DNA from: a virus
Lineage: Duplodnaviria; Caudoviricetes
Virus record (IMG/VR): IMGVR_UViG_3300028531_000001
Coordinates: 1-64,000 of that record
DNA length: 64,000 nucleotides
Strand: one strand, 5' to 3'
Both the position numbers and the translations under genes were made by a program. Of the stretch, positions 35,877 through 44,617 are shown piece after piece. The notes under the pieces are model-generated. The model had not been told where the DNA came from. It did no database searches and was given only the letters and a program-made list of their open reading frames with translations. Position 1 is the stretch's first letter. Every line of letters starts with the position of its first letter.

Positions 35877-36065
35877 GTGGCATACATGCGTTGGGCGGAA
35901 GTGGCCGAGACGGCGGCCGTGCTGGGCGCCGTAATCGTCGGGATACCCGCCATCTGCGGGTGGGTCGGGTACAGGTGGGGGAAGCGGGCGAGGCCGGGCC
36001 CGGAGCGTGAGCCATTCGGGGGTGAGCAGACGTTCGAGATGCCTGGATCTGAGGGGAGGGACTGA
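35877..36065 (+). CDS. Small membrane protein
   Basis: One TM plus basic tail; SD GGAGG. Confidence 0.5.
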   Translation: MAYMRWAEVAETAAVLGAVIVGIPAICGWVGYRWGKRARPGPEREPFGGEQTFEMPGSEGRD

Positions 36066-36307
36066 TGGCGACCGAGACGACGGGGCTGGAGTGGGAGGAA
36101 ACGCAGATCGACGGCAAGTCGTTCTGGGTGACCGAGTCTGGCGAGTTGGGACTGTCGATCGGAGTTTCCGGCAATGAGTATGTGTGGGAGATGTGGTGCT
36201 TTTGCTGCAACAACAAGCTCGACGACGGCTCTGAACCCACCCTCGAAGCCGCCAAGGCCGCCGTTGAGCGGATCGTGGGGCAGGACCAGCCGGGAGGTGC
36301 CGGATGA
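36065..36307 (+). CDS. Hypothetical phage protein
   Basis: 'GLEWEE...TLEAAKAAVE' motif. Confidence 0.6.
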   Translation: MATETTGLEWEETQIDGKSFWVTESGELGLSIGVSGNEYVWEMWCFCCNNKLDDGSEPTLEAAKAAVERIVGQDQPGGAG

Positions 36308-36870
36308 GCGACGAGACTGCGGCGGCGATTCCTGATGAACTGTGGGGGCTGCGATGGAAGGGCAAGGAGAGCCAATGGCTTTCTGAGGGCGACTGGGATA
36401 TCGCAGCCTGCGTATCGAGAGAGGCGACTCAATCGGATGCGTTCTGGAGCAAACCGCAGCACCGGGACTTATGGGAGCCCGTCCTCATCGGCGTGAGCCC
36501 CGCCATCCGCGACGAGCGTGACGCACTGCGGGCGGAGAACGAGAAACTGAGGTCGGCCGCTATCAACATGGCTCGGGCGGCGGGGAATGAGTCCGAGAAG
36601 TGCGATCACTGGATTGCCGAGCATATCAGGTTGGCCGATCGCATCGCGGAACTAGAAGCCGAGCTTGCCACGCTGCGGGGCGAGGGGCCGCTACGGGTCG
36701 GGGATGTGGTGCAGATGCTGTCCCCAGACGGGATGCGGTGCATGTTCATCGTCGAGCCGAGCAACATTGCTCCAGGCGGGTTCATCCAGCAGTCCCTGCA
36801 TTTGGGAGCCCAGATCCATCGCATCGGCCGAGCAGTCCGCATGCCCGATGGGACGCCCGTGGACCAGTGA
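36304..36870 (+). CDS. Modular coiled-coil phage protein, paralog of 42381..43112
   Basis: Shared DNA blocks; SD GGAGG. Confidence 0.6.
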   Translation: MSDETAAAIPDELWGLRWKGKESQWLSEGDWDIAACVSREATQSDAFWSKPQHRDLWEPVLIGVSPAIRDERDALRAENEKLRSAAINMARAAGNESEKCDHWIAEHIRLADRIAELEAELATLRGEGPLRVGDVVQMLSPDGMRCMFIVEPSNIAPGGFIQQSLHLGAQIHRIGRAVRMPDGTPVDQ

Positions 36871-36899
36871 CCCAGGCCAGCAGGGGAGGTGGGGGATCT

Positions 36900-37595
36900 A
36901 TGCGAGTCTACCTGGCCAGTCCGAATACGCAACAACAGGCTGAGCACGCCTGCGACATGCCGGTCCTGCTGTCGTTCGGCTGCTGGTCGGACTGGATGGA
37001 CCGCTACCAGGCGACGTTCTCGCGGTTGTTGATCGATTCGGGAGCTTACAGCGAGTTGAACTCAGGTAAGAAAATCGATCTCGATGCCTACATGGATTGG
37101 GCCGGTCGGTGGGTCGGGCACGCCGACGCGATCGCGGGGCTGGACGACATCTCGGGCGACTGGCGGCGGTCGCTGGCCAACTACGAGCGGTTCGTTTTGG
37201 GCTTCCCGACGTATCACGACACGGACCCGCCCGAACTCCTCGACGACCTGATCGAGATCGCCCGCGAGCGTGGACGCTGGATCGGCCTGGGCGTCAAGCC
37301 GCCGCGAGAGGGCAAGGAGCGATGGATCCGAGACGCATGCGAGCGAATTCCCGAGGACTTCCACATCCACGGCTGGGCGCTCAGGCGATACACGCACGTC
37401 AGGCGGATGGACTCGGCCGATAGCACTAACTGGTGGCGGGACGCGATGAAACTCCGCGTTACAAGCGGGCTGGAACACCTGACCTACGGCGAGTGCCTCG
37501 GAATCGTCGTCAAGCGATATCAGCGGTGGGAGAGGACGATCAAAGAGCCCGCAAAGCAGCCGAGCCTGTGGGATTCGCTGGAGGTGGCCTTGTGA
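36900..37595 (+). CDS. TGT-superfamily transglycosylase, DpdA-like
   Basis: LLIDSGAYS, LDDI, FPTYH, IHGWA and DSADSTNW motifs; coupled to queE. Confidence 0.7.
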   Translation: MRVYLASPNTQQQAEHACDMPVLLSFGCWSDWMDRYQATFSRLLIDSGAYSELNSGKKIDLDAYMDWAGRWVGHADAIAGLDDISGDWRRSLANYERFVLGFPTYHDTDPPELLDDLIEIARERGRWIGLGVKPPREGKERWIRDACERIPEDFHIHGWALRRYTHVRRMDSADSTNWWRDAMKLRVTSGLEHLTYGECLGIVVKRYQRWERTIKEPAKQPSLWDSLEVAL

Positions 37596-38206
37596 AGACT
37601 TACGCGGTCAAGGAGATCTTCTACTCGATCCAAGGCGAGGGGGCCAAGGCGGGCCAGCCTGCGGTCTTCGTCCGCCTCAGCGGCTGCAACCTCTGGTCGG
37701 GCCGCGAGGAAGACCGGGCCACAGCAGCCTGCCGGTTCTGCGACACCAACTTCTCGGGCGGCGCCAAGTTGACCGCCGAACAGATCGCCGACCAGGCCCG
37801 GTCGCTCTGGCCCAACGAGACTCCGGGCTGGTGCGTCCTGACGGGCGGTGAACCGGCCTTGCAGGTCGATCGGGAGTTGGTGGCGGCACTCCGGGCAAGG
37901 GGATTCCGGGACGCGATCGAGACCAACGGGACCGTGCCGCTCGGCCTCCGCCATGACTGGGTCACGCTCAGCCCGAAGGCCGGGACGACGATCGAGCAAA
38001 CCTACTGCGATGAACTCAAGGTCGTCTACCCGCAGGAGGGATTGGACCTCGAAGACCTGGGCTCGATCGCCACGACGCGGCGGTATCTCCAGCCGATGGA
38101 CGGGCCGGACCTCGATCGAAACCGGGCGTCGGCGGCGGCGTACTGCCTGGCCCATCCCGAATGGGCGTTGAGCCTTCAGATTCACAAGATCCTGGGGGTG
38201 GCCTGA
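37592..38206 (+). CDS. queE: 7-carboxy-7-deazaguanine synthase (radical SAM, CX14CX2C type)
   Basis: KEIFYSIQGEG, CNLWSGREEDRATAACRFCDT, TGGEP, IETNGT, SPK, QIHK. Confidence 0.92.
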   Translation: MKTYAVKEIFYSIQGEGAKAGQPAVFVRLSGCNLWSGREEDRATAACRFCDTNFSGGAKLTAEQIADQARSLWPNETPGWCVLTGGEPALQVDRELVAALRARGFRDAIETNGTVPLGLRHDWVTLSPKAGTTIEQTYCDELKVVYPQEGLDLEDLGSIATTRRYLQPMDGPDLDRNRASAAAYCLAHPEWALSLQIHKILGVA

Positions 38207-38697
38207 TGCCCCGCCTCAAGCTGACCCCCGAGCAGCGGGCCGCGATCGCAGCGGCCCCGAAGCCGCCGACGATCGAAACGCTGGGGCTGGGCGAGCCGAA
38301 GCCCCGCAAGCCACGCCGGTCGATGCTGGGCACGCTGGGCGGTCCGGGCCCGTGGCGGATCGTGATCGAGGGGTGGCACCCGGAAGGGACCGTCAACAAC
38401 CTGATCGGCAAGTCAATCGGACACATCACCGGGCTCAAGCGGAAGGACGAGGCGACGCTGTTCGCACACCTGCTGGGCGTGGTCCCGGCGGCGACGGGGC
38501 GGAGGCGGCTCCGGGTGACGCTGGTGTATCCGAAGGGGCGGAAGTCCCACGACGCGGACAACCCGGAGAAGTCGATACGGGACGGGCTGGTCCGAATCGG
38601 GGCGTTGGTGGACGACTCGCGTGAGTGGCTGGACTCGGCCGAGTCCCAGGCGGCGGTGGGCGGCAAGGCGACGATTCTTGAGATGGAGGATTGCTGA
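38206..38697 (+). CDS. RusA-like Holliday junction resolvase
   Basis: 'HDADNPEKSIRDGL...LVDDS'. Confidence 0.7.
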   Translation: MPRLKLTPEQRAAIAAAPKPPTIETLGLGEPKPRKPRRSMLGTLGGPGPWRIVIEGWHPEGTVNNLIGKSIGHITGLKRKDEATLFAHLLGVVPAATGRRRLRVTLVYPKGRKSHDADNPEKSIRDGLVRIGALVDDSREWLDSAESQAAVGGKATILEMEDC

Positions 38698-38975
38698 TGT
38701 CGGAGGTTGCTGCCCGAATGCCGGTAGAGGTGAACCTGGCCGGGATCATGCACGATGTTCGTGAGTCCGAGGGGCTGATCGTGTTCGTTCAGCAAGATCC
38801 GTTCGGCCCGATCCGGTCGCGGTTCTCATTCCGCCGAGAATGCCAGTGCTGGTACGTCTCGATCGAAGGGACCGAAGATTCGGTCAGCGTGACGCACATT
38901 GCCCGAGCGTATGAGGAAATCTGCAAGGTGTTCGGCGGAAACTTTGAAGGCAGGAATGGAGAGCACAACCCATGA
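38697..38975 (+). CDS. Hypothetical protein
   Basis: 92 aa, coupled. Confidence 0.5.
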   Translation: MSEVAARMPVEVNLAGIMHDVRESEGLIVFVQQDPFGPIRSRFSFRRECQCWYVSIEGTEDSVSVTHIARAYEEICKVFGGNFEGRNGEHNP

Positions 38976-39223
38976 GGCGACTTTCTGACATGAGCGGCGA
39001 AGAAAGAGCCGCATACCTCAATATGCTGTGTGCCGCGACCCAGGCTGTCGTCCCGCCCGGGGTCACGCTGGTGATTGGACTGTTGGATGAGGACAAGTCG
39101 CGAGGCCACTGGGTCGGAAACGGAGAGTATCCGGACATGGCCCGGCTTGCGGCCGAGATTGCCTCGGACATCGAGCGGGATAGTAAGAGCGGCAGCAACC
39201 AGTTTCCGCCCTCCGAGAACTAG
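38972..39223 (+). CDS. Hypothetical protein
   Basis: 83 aa, ATGA-coupled. Confidence 0.55.
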   Translation: MRRLSDMSGEERAAYLNMLCAATQAVVPPGVTLVIGLLDEDKSRGHWVGNGEYPDMARLAAEIASDIERDSKSGSNQFPPSEN

Positions 39224-39304
39224 CCTGGATGCCGTGACCGCTGCCTGCGGGCTGGCCCTGGTGGTGGACGACGTGGCGACGCTGGTGGGCGCACTGGAGG
39301 GGAT

Positions 39305-39587
39305 ATGAGAGAGCGGCGAGAGTTCAGCGAAGGCGAATGGGATTCTGAGTTCGACGGCGACGGCTATCTCATCAACGGGATCATCCGTGTCCCGATGACC
39401 TACGATGAGTATCCAGCCGACGCCAAACTGATCACGGCGGCCCCCCGACCTGTATCGAGCCTGCGAGGCCGCACTGGCGAAACTGGACTACATTCGCGGC
39501 GTCTGGGGCGACGAGGGCGTGACTCGATCAGTCGCGGATCAACTTCGCTCGGCTGTCGAAAAGGCTACCTTGATTGAGACCGACTAA
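39305..39587 (+). pseudogene. Frameshifted small phage protein (+1 C in a C6 tract)
   Basis: Removing one C at 39441-39446 restores 'DAKLITAAPDLYRACEAALAKL' and a stop at 39585-39587. Confidence 0.65.
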
Positions 39588-39629
39588 CACCACCGCCCGC
39601 GTGGCGGCCGACGAGGGAGGCGGGGCGAG

Positions 39630-40076
39630 ATGGCAGAGCAAGAAATGGATGCGATGACGAGAGCGGGCAAGCAAATGGCCTCTTGCTTCGGCGGTGGGTA
39701 CGTCGTGGGTGACGACGAACGCATTGCCCGGCAGGCCGCCGAACGCCGGGCCGAGGCTGCGGAGGCGAGGCTGGCGGAGTTGATCGCGGCAGCGAAGGTG
39801 GCGTTCGACGCGATGAATGACGCCTACTACGGGATCAGCCGAAGCCTCGACTATGAGAAGGTGGCCGGCTTCGAGGCAGCCATTGCCAAGGCCGAGCGTG
39901 AGCCCGCCACGCCGCCGGCGGATGCGGCCGGGGCGGAGGGAGGGGAAGTCTGCGAACAGATCACGCCTGACGACTTTGATGGCATGATCGACGTCGCAAA
40001 CGACCCGGAGTCGGCTGTCGGAAGGCTCAGGACTGAGACCCGAAGGATTCCGATGCGAGAGGACACCGACCAATGA
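39630..40076 (+). CDS. Hypothetical coiled-coil phage protein
   Basis: 'RAEAAEARLAEL...FEAAIAKAE'. Confidence 0.6.
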   Translation: MAEQEMDAMTRAGKQMASCFGGGYVVGDDERIARQAAERRAEAAEARLAELIAAAKVAFDAMNDAYYGISRSLDYEKVAGFEAAIAKAEREPATPPADAAGAEGGEVCEQITPDDFDGMIDVANDPESAVGRLRTETRRIPMREDTDQ

Positions 40077-40246
40077 CCGAGAACCGTGTGCTCATCGCCC
40101 TCTACGCGATCCTGCTCACGCTCTGCCTGCACGTCGCCCTCGCCCCGCTGATCTCTTGGGCCTGCGAGCGGTGGGTGGACTGGCGACGCGAGCGAATGTG
40201 GCGGCGATGGCAGGACAAAGCCAAGGCGGAGGGAGGGGACTCGTGA
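40073..40246 (+). CDS. Small membrane protein (57 aa)
   Basis: TM 'VLIALYAILLTLCLHVALAPLI' plus Arg/Trp tail; coupled at both ends. Confidence 0.55.
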   Translation: MTENRVLIALYAILLTLCLHVALAPLISWACERWVDWRRERMWRRWQDKAKAEGGDS

Positions 40247-40449
40247 AAACCTTGATCGAAATCGCACTGTCGGCCTGGTGCATGATTGGCCTGATACTGG
40301 CAGTCCTCGCCTCCCTCGCCTTTATGCTCTGGGTCGGGGAGAAGCTAATCGACTTCATTCTGATCCGACTCCAACTGAAGCGTGAATTCTTGGCATTCGC
40401 CTATCAGCGAATCCGATCGAGACAGCAGACGCAGGACACCACCCGATGA
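40243..40449 (+). CDS. Small membrane protein
   Basis: GTG start; TM 'AWCMIGLILAVLASLAFMLWV'. Confidence 0.5.
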   Translation: MKTLIEIALSAWCMIGLILAVLASLAFMLWVGEKLIDFILIRLQLKREFLAFAYQRIRSRQQTQDTTR

Positions 40450-40688
40450 CCGCCGACCAATTCGCCGCCCGATTCTCCACACGCCTCTCCGAACTGATCG
40501 ACGACCGGGGGCTCAGGCTGCACGACGTGATCGACGCCTCGGGGCTGTCGCAGAACGTCGCCGGGGCGATCTCCGGCGGCCGACGCGAGCCGACGTTGCG
40601 GGAGGCGATGGTGCTGGCGCGGGCGTTGGGCGTGTCGCTGGACGTGCTGTGCGAGGGGCTGCTGGACTTCGAGTGGGAGGGGGAGTGA
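40446..40688 (+). CDS. XRE-family HTH protein
   Basis: 'LSQNVAGAISGGRREPTLREAMVLARALGVSLDVL'. Confidence 0.75.
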   Translation: MTADQFAARFSTRLSELIDDRGLRLHDVIDASGLSQNVAGAISGGRREPTLREAMVLARALGVSLDVLCEGLLDFEWEGE

Positions 40689-40996
40689 TGAATATGCGAC
40701 GCAAGTCGGCTGTGAAATGGACGCACCTTCCCAGTGGAATTTCGGCCGTGGCCGAAGCCGATCGGGATGTTCGTCTTCCGGGAGTGTCAACGATTGCCAA
40801 GAAGTTGCTCGCCGCTCGGGTCTGGGCGTCAACGCAAGAGCGACCAAAGGGGAATCGACGCTCCTACGTGTGCTGCCCATATCAGGCCGTGAAGGACCAC
40901 AGAAACGGCCAGGTGCTCATGGAAGATCCGGCACGTTTTCTGAGTGGCGACCTCGACCCGCTGCTCAGACTAGCCCTGAAGGAGGCCAGGCCGTGA
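40688..40996 (+). CDS. Truncated release-factor-2-like protein lacking GGQ
   Basis: 'SAVKWTHLPSGI', 'AKKLLAARV', 'RSYVCCPYQAVKDHRNG', 'FLSGDLD' parallel the RF2 C-terminal region; SD GGAGG. Confidence 0.7.
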   Translation: MNMRRKSAVKWTHLPSGISAVAEADRDVRLPGVSTIAKKLLAARVWASTQERPKGNRRSYVCCPYQAVKDHRNGQVLMEDPARFLSGDLDPLLRLALKEARP

Positions 40997-41181
40997 GCCA
41001 GCGAACGGCGGCGGAGATCCGGCGGGAGATCGAGGAACTCACGCGGCAACACGACGATCGGCTGGGGCGATCGACCAATCGTGCTCTCCAAGCGTACCTG
41101 ATGCGGACGCACGATGAGACTTTCGGCCGGCTGCGGGCCGAACTCGCGGCAGCCGAGCGGCGGGAGGTGGGGAATGGGTGA
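40993..41181 (+). CDS. Hypothetical helical protein
   Basis: GTG start, 62 aa, coupled. Confidence 0.5.
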   Translation: MSQRTAAEIRREIEELTRQHDDRLGRSTNRALQAYLMRTHDETFGRLRAELAAAERREVGNG

Positions 41182-41524
41182 GATCGACGACATCCAGGCC
41201 AAGATCAAGCAACTTGACGACCTGGAGTCCTGGCTGGAAGCCTCCGGGTCGGATTACGAAGACGGATGGTCTCCCACCTTCGCGGGCGTGATTGCGATGG
41301 TCAACGGCTACGCCATCTGGTTGGGAGAACGGGCCGAGCGGGGAGGCCGACCGAAACGAGAGACGTCGGCTTGGCTGGACGCCGAGATCGCCGACGTGCG
41401 GCGGACACTCGGCGCTTACGAGGCGGACTGGGATGAGTCGCCGCTGCTGGAGGCTGTGCGGAAGGCGGCCCAGGATTACATCGCGGAACTAGAAGCCGAG
41501 CGGCGGGAAAGGGGCGAATCATGA
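41174..41524 (+). CDS. Hypothetical protein
   Basis: 116 aa, SD GGAGG. Confidence 0.6.
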   Translation: MGEIDDIQAKIKQLDDLESWLEASGSDYEDGWSPTFAGVIAMVNGYAIWLGERAERGGRPKRETSAWLDAEIADVRRTLGAYEADWDESPLLEAVRKAAQDYIAELEAERRERGES

Positions 41525-41766
41525 GCACCGCGACGAAGATCCCCCACATCGAGGCCAGCCTGAAGGGGCGGCGGGTCACCATCACGTTCGACCGGCACCC
41601 CGACACGATCGAGGGCGTGACCGTGCTCGGACAGGTCTGGATCGGGAGCGACGCGTACCTGCGGGTGGCCTATTCGGACGGGCGACGGAGTTCGATCAAG
41701 GCGTCGGCGATCCTGGTGATCGAGGAACTTGAGGTGAGGGAGGACGAGGAGGTCAGCCGGGAATAA
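41521..41766 (+). CDS. Hypothetical small beta-barrel protein
   Basis: 81 aa, coupled. Confidence 0.55.
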   Translation: MSTATKIPHIEASLKGRRVTITFDRHPDTIEGVTVLGQVWIGSDAYLRVAYSDGRRSSIKASAILVIEELEVREDEEVSRE

Positions 41767-41894
41767 TCGGCACAAACGGACTCGCTAATGAGACTTGAAT
41801 CTTAGTAATCATTATCGGACCCGACTCCGACGCCGATTCTTGCCTCCCTTTCCGCAATCCGAGCCGCCCGAGGATACATTTTCTCACCTCGCCC

Positions 41895-41923
41895 TTGACG
41901 ATCGCCTGCGATCAGGCTACCTT
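41895..41923 (+). promoter_or_regulatory. Sigma70-type promoter with palindromic spacer
   Basis: TTGACG-17 nt-TACCTT; GATCGC-CT-GCGATC overlaps it. Confidence 0.6.
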
Positions 41924-42069
41924 ACCCATGCGAAGGTGATATTATGTTGCCAGCGCGGGCCGGAAGCGTGGCCCTCCCCCGTCCGGACCTGTCCGAACCC
42001 GCCGACTCATCGTCGGCTTTCTTTCGGGGGTCGAGGTGAGGAAATGGATCTACACCAGAGGAGTCGGGA

Positions 42070-42363
42070 ATGAGGATCATCGCTGAGACGAAGAATCTGG
42101 CCCTCGACTCCCGGGGGCGGGTGTACCTGCGGACGTTCTGGGGCGGCGAGTTCAAGTCATCGGAGGGGTGGGAGGAGGACCTGATCCAGTGTGACCGGTT
42201 CGCGGGCTCGGAACTGGTCGGCATGCGGTCGCCGAAGTTCTCGGTGCTGGTCGAGGCGAATGAGTTCGCCCGGCTGGACGACGCCTGGGCTGAGGCCCGT
42301 GGGGAGACGCTGGACGACGTGCATGCGGAATGGGAAGCGGGATATGTGGCGGGCGTGGCCTGA
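42070..42363 (+). CDS. Hypothetical protein
   Basis: 97 aa, SD AGGAG. Confidence 0.6.
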   Translation: MRIIAETKNLALDSRGRVYLRTFWGGEFKSSEGWEEDLIQCDRFAGSELVGMRSPKFSVLVEANEFARLDDAWAEARGETLDDVHAEWEAGYVAGVA

Positions 42364-42380
42364 GTATGGGGAGGTGGGGG

Positions 42381-43112
42381 ATGGGTGACGAGAATCTACC
42401 GGCCGAGATTTACTGGGTTGTGGACAGCGATGGGAGTTTCGTCCGGTCGGGCAATTGGGAATTTCTCTATTACACGCATCCGGATAACGCCAGTCTATCT
42501 CTCGGGCGTGGTGAGCGGGTTGTCCTGGCCGGCGTGAGCCCCGCCATCCGCGACGAGCGTGACGCGTTGCGGGCGGAGGTGGAGCGGCTGGATATCGGCG
42601 ATGCAAAGATGGCGATCCGAATTGCCGAACTCGAAGCATCTATTCGCGTGTTCCTATATGCCACCCACAGCCCTGAGACGCCCCATCATCAGCAGGAGGC
42701 CCTTACTGCAAAGATGGAACTGTGTGCTCAGGTTGGCCTCATGGGAAACGCCAAGCCGACCAAAGGGTGGGCTTTAGCTATGGCGGCGGAGATTGATGCG
42801 CGGGCCAAAGTTTCACCGTTCGCTAAACCGGAGGATCGCCCAGAACAGAGAATCGCCTCGGGTGTCGAACTCGATGCGACTCAGTGCTTATCGGCCGAGA
42901 TCGCCAGCCTGAAGGCCGAACTTGCCACGCTGCGGGGCGAGGGGGCAATCGAAATTAGCAAGAGAATAGCCATCGGTGACCCAGTCGAGGTGATTCACGC
43001 TGGGGTTCGATACGTGGGGGCTATCTCCGGGGGCGAACTCAAGAGCGACGGAGCAATCCGCCACGACGCGTCCTTCGACACGACGACCAATCGTTCGCCC
43101 GGCACCGTCTAA
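42381..43112 (+). CDS. Modular coiled-coil phage protein, paralog of 36304..36870
   Basis: Shared DNA blocks; SD GGAGG. Confidence 0.6.
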   Translation: MGDENLPAEIYWVVDSDGSFVRSGNWEFLYYTHPDNASLSLGRGERVVLAGVSPAIRDERDALRAEVERLDIGDAKMAIRIAELEASIRVFLYATHSPETPHHQQEALTAKMELCAQVGLMGNAKPTKGWALAMAAEIDARAKVSPFAKPEDRPEQRIASGVELDATQCLSAEIASLKAELATLRGEGAIEISKRIAIGDPVEVIHAGVRYVGAISGGELKSDGAIRHDASFDTTTNRSPGTV

Positions 43113-43133
43113 ACCTGCCACTTTGGAGCCCCA

Positions 43134-43346
43134 ATGAACCTCTCAAACCTCATGCCGATCGCCTTCGCCTATCTCTCATTCGTCGGCGTGGTCACCACCC
43201 CGATCGTCTGCAAGAGCCTCGCGGCCATATGGCGTGAGCCGAGGCCCTGCCCGGCCAACTCCGGCTACCGCCGCCATACTGCCGCCTATCTACGGACGAC
43301 GCAGCATATCCACGAATCGCTCCGCCGCATCCCCGGCGGGAATTGA
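43134..43346 (+). CDS. Small membrane protein
   Basis: N-terminal hydrophobic helix. Confidence 0.4.
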   Translation: MNLSNLMPIAFAYLSFVGVVTTPIVCKSLAAIWREPRPCPANSGYRRHTAAYLRTTQHIHESLRRIPGGN

Positions 43347-43353
43347 GGGCACT

Positions 43354-44229
43354 ATGAGCATCGCCACCATCGACCCGACCCTCGACCGCAACGCCTGGCT
43401 CCAGGCCCGCATGAGCGGCATCGGGGCCAGCGAGATTGCCACCGCAGTCGGCCAGAACCACCGCAAGTCGCCGCTGGAACTCTGGCTGGAGAAGACCGGC
43501 CAGAAGCCCCGAGACAGGGCCACGATCCCGATGCGGGCGGGGAACCACCTGGAGCCGCTGCTGGCCGAACTGTACCAGGAGGAGACGGGCCGGGAACTGC
43601 TCAGCCAGCAGGTCTTCCTCCGGGGCGAGGATCGGCCCCACCTGCTCGCCACGATCGACGCACTGACCGAAGACCGCGTGGTCGAGTTCAAGACGACCAC
43701 CGACCGCAACAAGGACTTCGAACTGGACGCCGACAACCTGCCCGAGACGTGGCAGTGCCAGGTCCAGCAGCAGATGTACCTGGCCGAGAAGGACCGGGCC
43801 GACGTCGCGGTGCTCGTGAACTGGACCCAGTTCCACGTGATCCCGGTGTTCCGAAACGACGACCTGATCGCCGCGATGCTGCCGCACGCGGACAAGTTCT
43901 GGAGGTGCGTCGAGACTCGGACGGAGCCGACGTCGCGGACGGGGGACGGGGAACTGTATCAGTACCTCCCGGCGCGTCCCGAGACGATCACGCTGCACGA
44001 CCAGGCCCAGGCGTGGGCGGACGAGTATCACCAGATCTCGGGCGAGTGCTCAGGACTGGACAAGCGGAAGAAGGAACTGCGGGGGCTGCTGCTGGACGCG
44101 ATCGGTCCGTTCGAGGCGGCGTACCTGCCGGACGGGCGGCTGCTGACGCGGAAGGTGATCCGGACGAAGGGGCATACGGTGGGGCCGGGGCAGTATGTGA
44201 AGTTGGCTTTCGGGAGGGCGGAGGGATGA
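43354..44229 (+). CDS. YqaJ-like viral recombinase exonuclease
   Basis: 'WLQARMSGIGASEIA...SPLELWLEKTG', 'TIDA...VEFKT', 'QVQQQM'. Confidence 0.9.
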   Translation: MSIATIDPTLDRNAWLQARMSGIGASEIATAVGQNHRKSPLELWLEKTGQKPRDRATIPMRAGNHLEPLLAELYQEETGRELLSQQVFLRGEDRPHLLATIDALTEDRVVEFKTTTDRNKDFELDADNLPETWQCQVQQQMYLAEKDRADVAVLVNWTQFHVIPVFRNDDLIAAMLPHADKFWRCVETRTEPTSRTGDGELYQYLPARPETITLHDQAQAWADEYHQISGECSGLDKRKKELRGLLLDAIGPFEAAYLPDGRLLTRKVIRTKGHTVGPGQYVKLAFGRAEG

Positions 44230-44585
44230 GCGAAACGAAACGCAAGACGATGGCGGAGTGCATCGAGGACGGGGTCAAGTTGCTGGATGAAAAGCGGCCC
44301 GGCTGGCTGGAGAAGATCGACCTGAGCCGCCTTCGACTCGACGAGCACTGCAATTGTGTCCTGGGCCAATGCTTCGGTGATTATGAGGAGGCGTGCGGCC
44401 GGCTCGGCTTATTTGCATACCGGAATGAGGACGAGGCAAGCGTGTCGGCAACGCAGTTTGGTTTTATGTCGAACCGGCTATTCCGACCCGTCAACGACGA
44501 CATCGAATATTTCGAGATGCCGGCTCTCCAAGAAGCCTGGATCCGCCGCCTGATCCAACTCAAACAAGAACGCGGCATCGCCTGA
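44226..44585 (+). CDS. Hypothetical phage protein, paralog of 59292..59657
   Basis: 'GVKLLDEKRPGW...IDL..L...CVLGQ'. Confidence 0.65.
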   Translation: MSETKRKTMAECIEDGVKLLDEKRPGWLEKIDLSRLRLDEHCNCVLGQCFGDYEEACGRLGLFAYRNEDEASVSATQFGFMSNRLFRPVNDDIEYFEMPALQEAWIRRLIQLKQERGIA

Positions 44586-44617
44586 ACCTCTCAACTCTCC
44601 CTCTCTTAAGGAATCCC

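Noticed and set aside
40073-40449. Holin or lysis cassette among small membrane genes (also 56725, 59657, 60429)
   Set aside because: Early-region location and no endolysin or spanin recognised in the window
40688-40996. Stop-codon recoding implied by an RF-like gene
   Set aside because: TGA, TAA and TAG all end genes and conserved proteins are full length under the standard code
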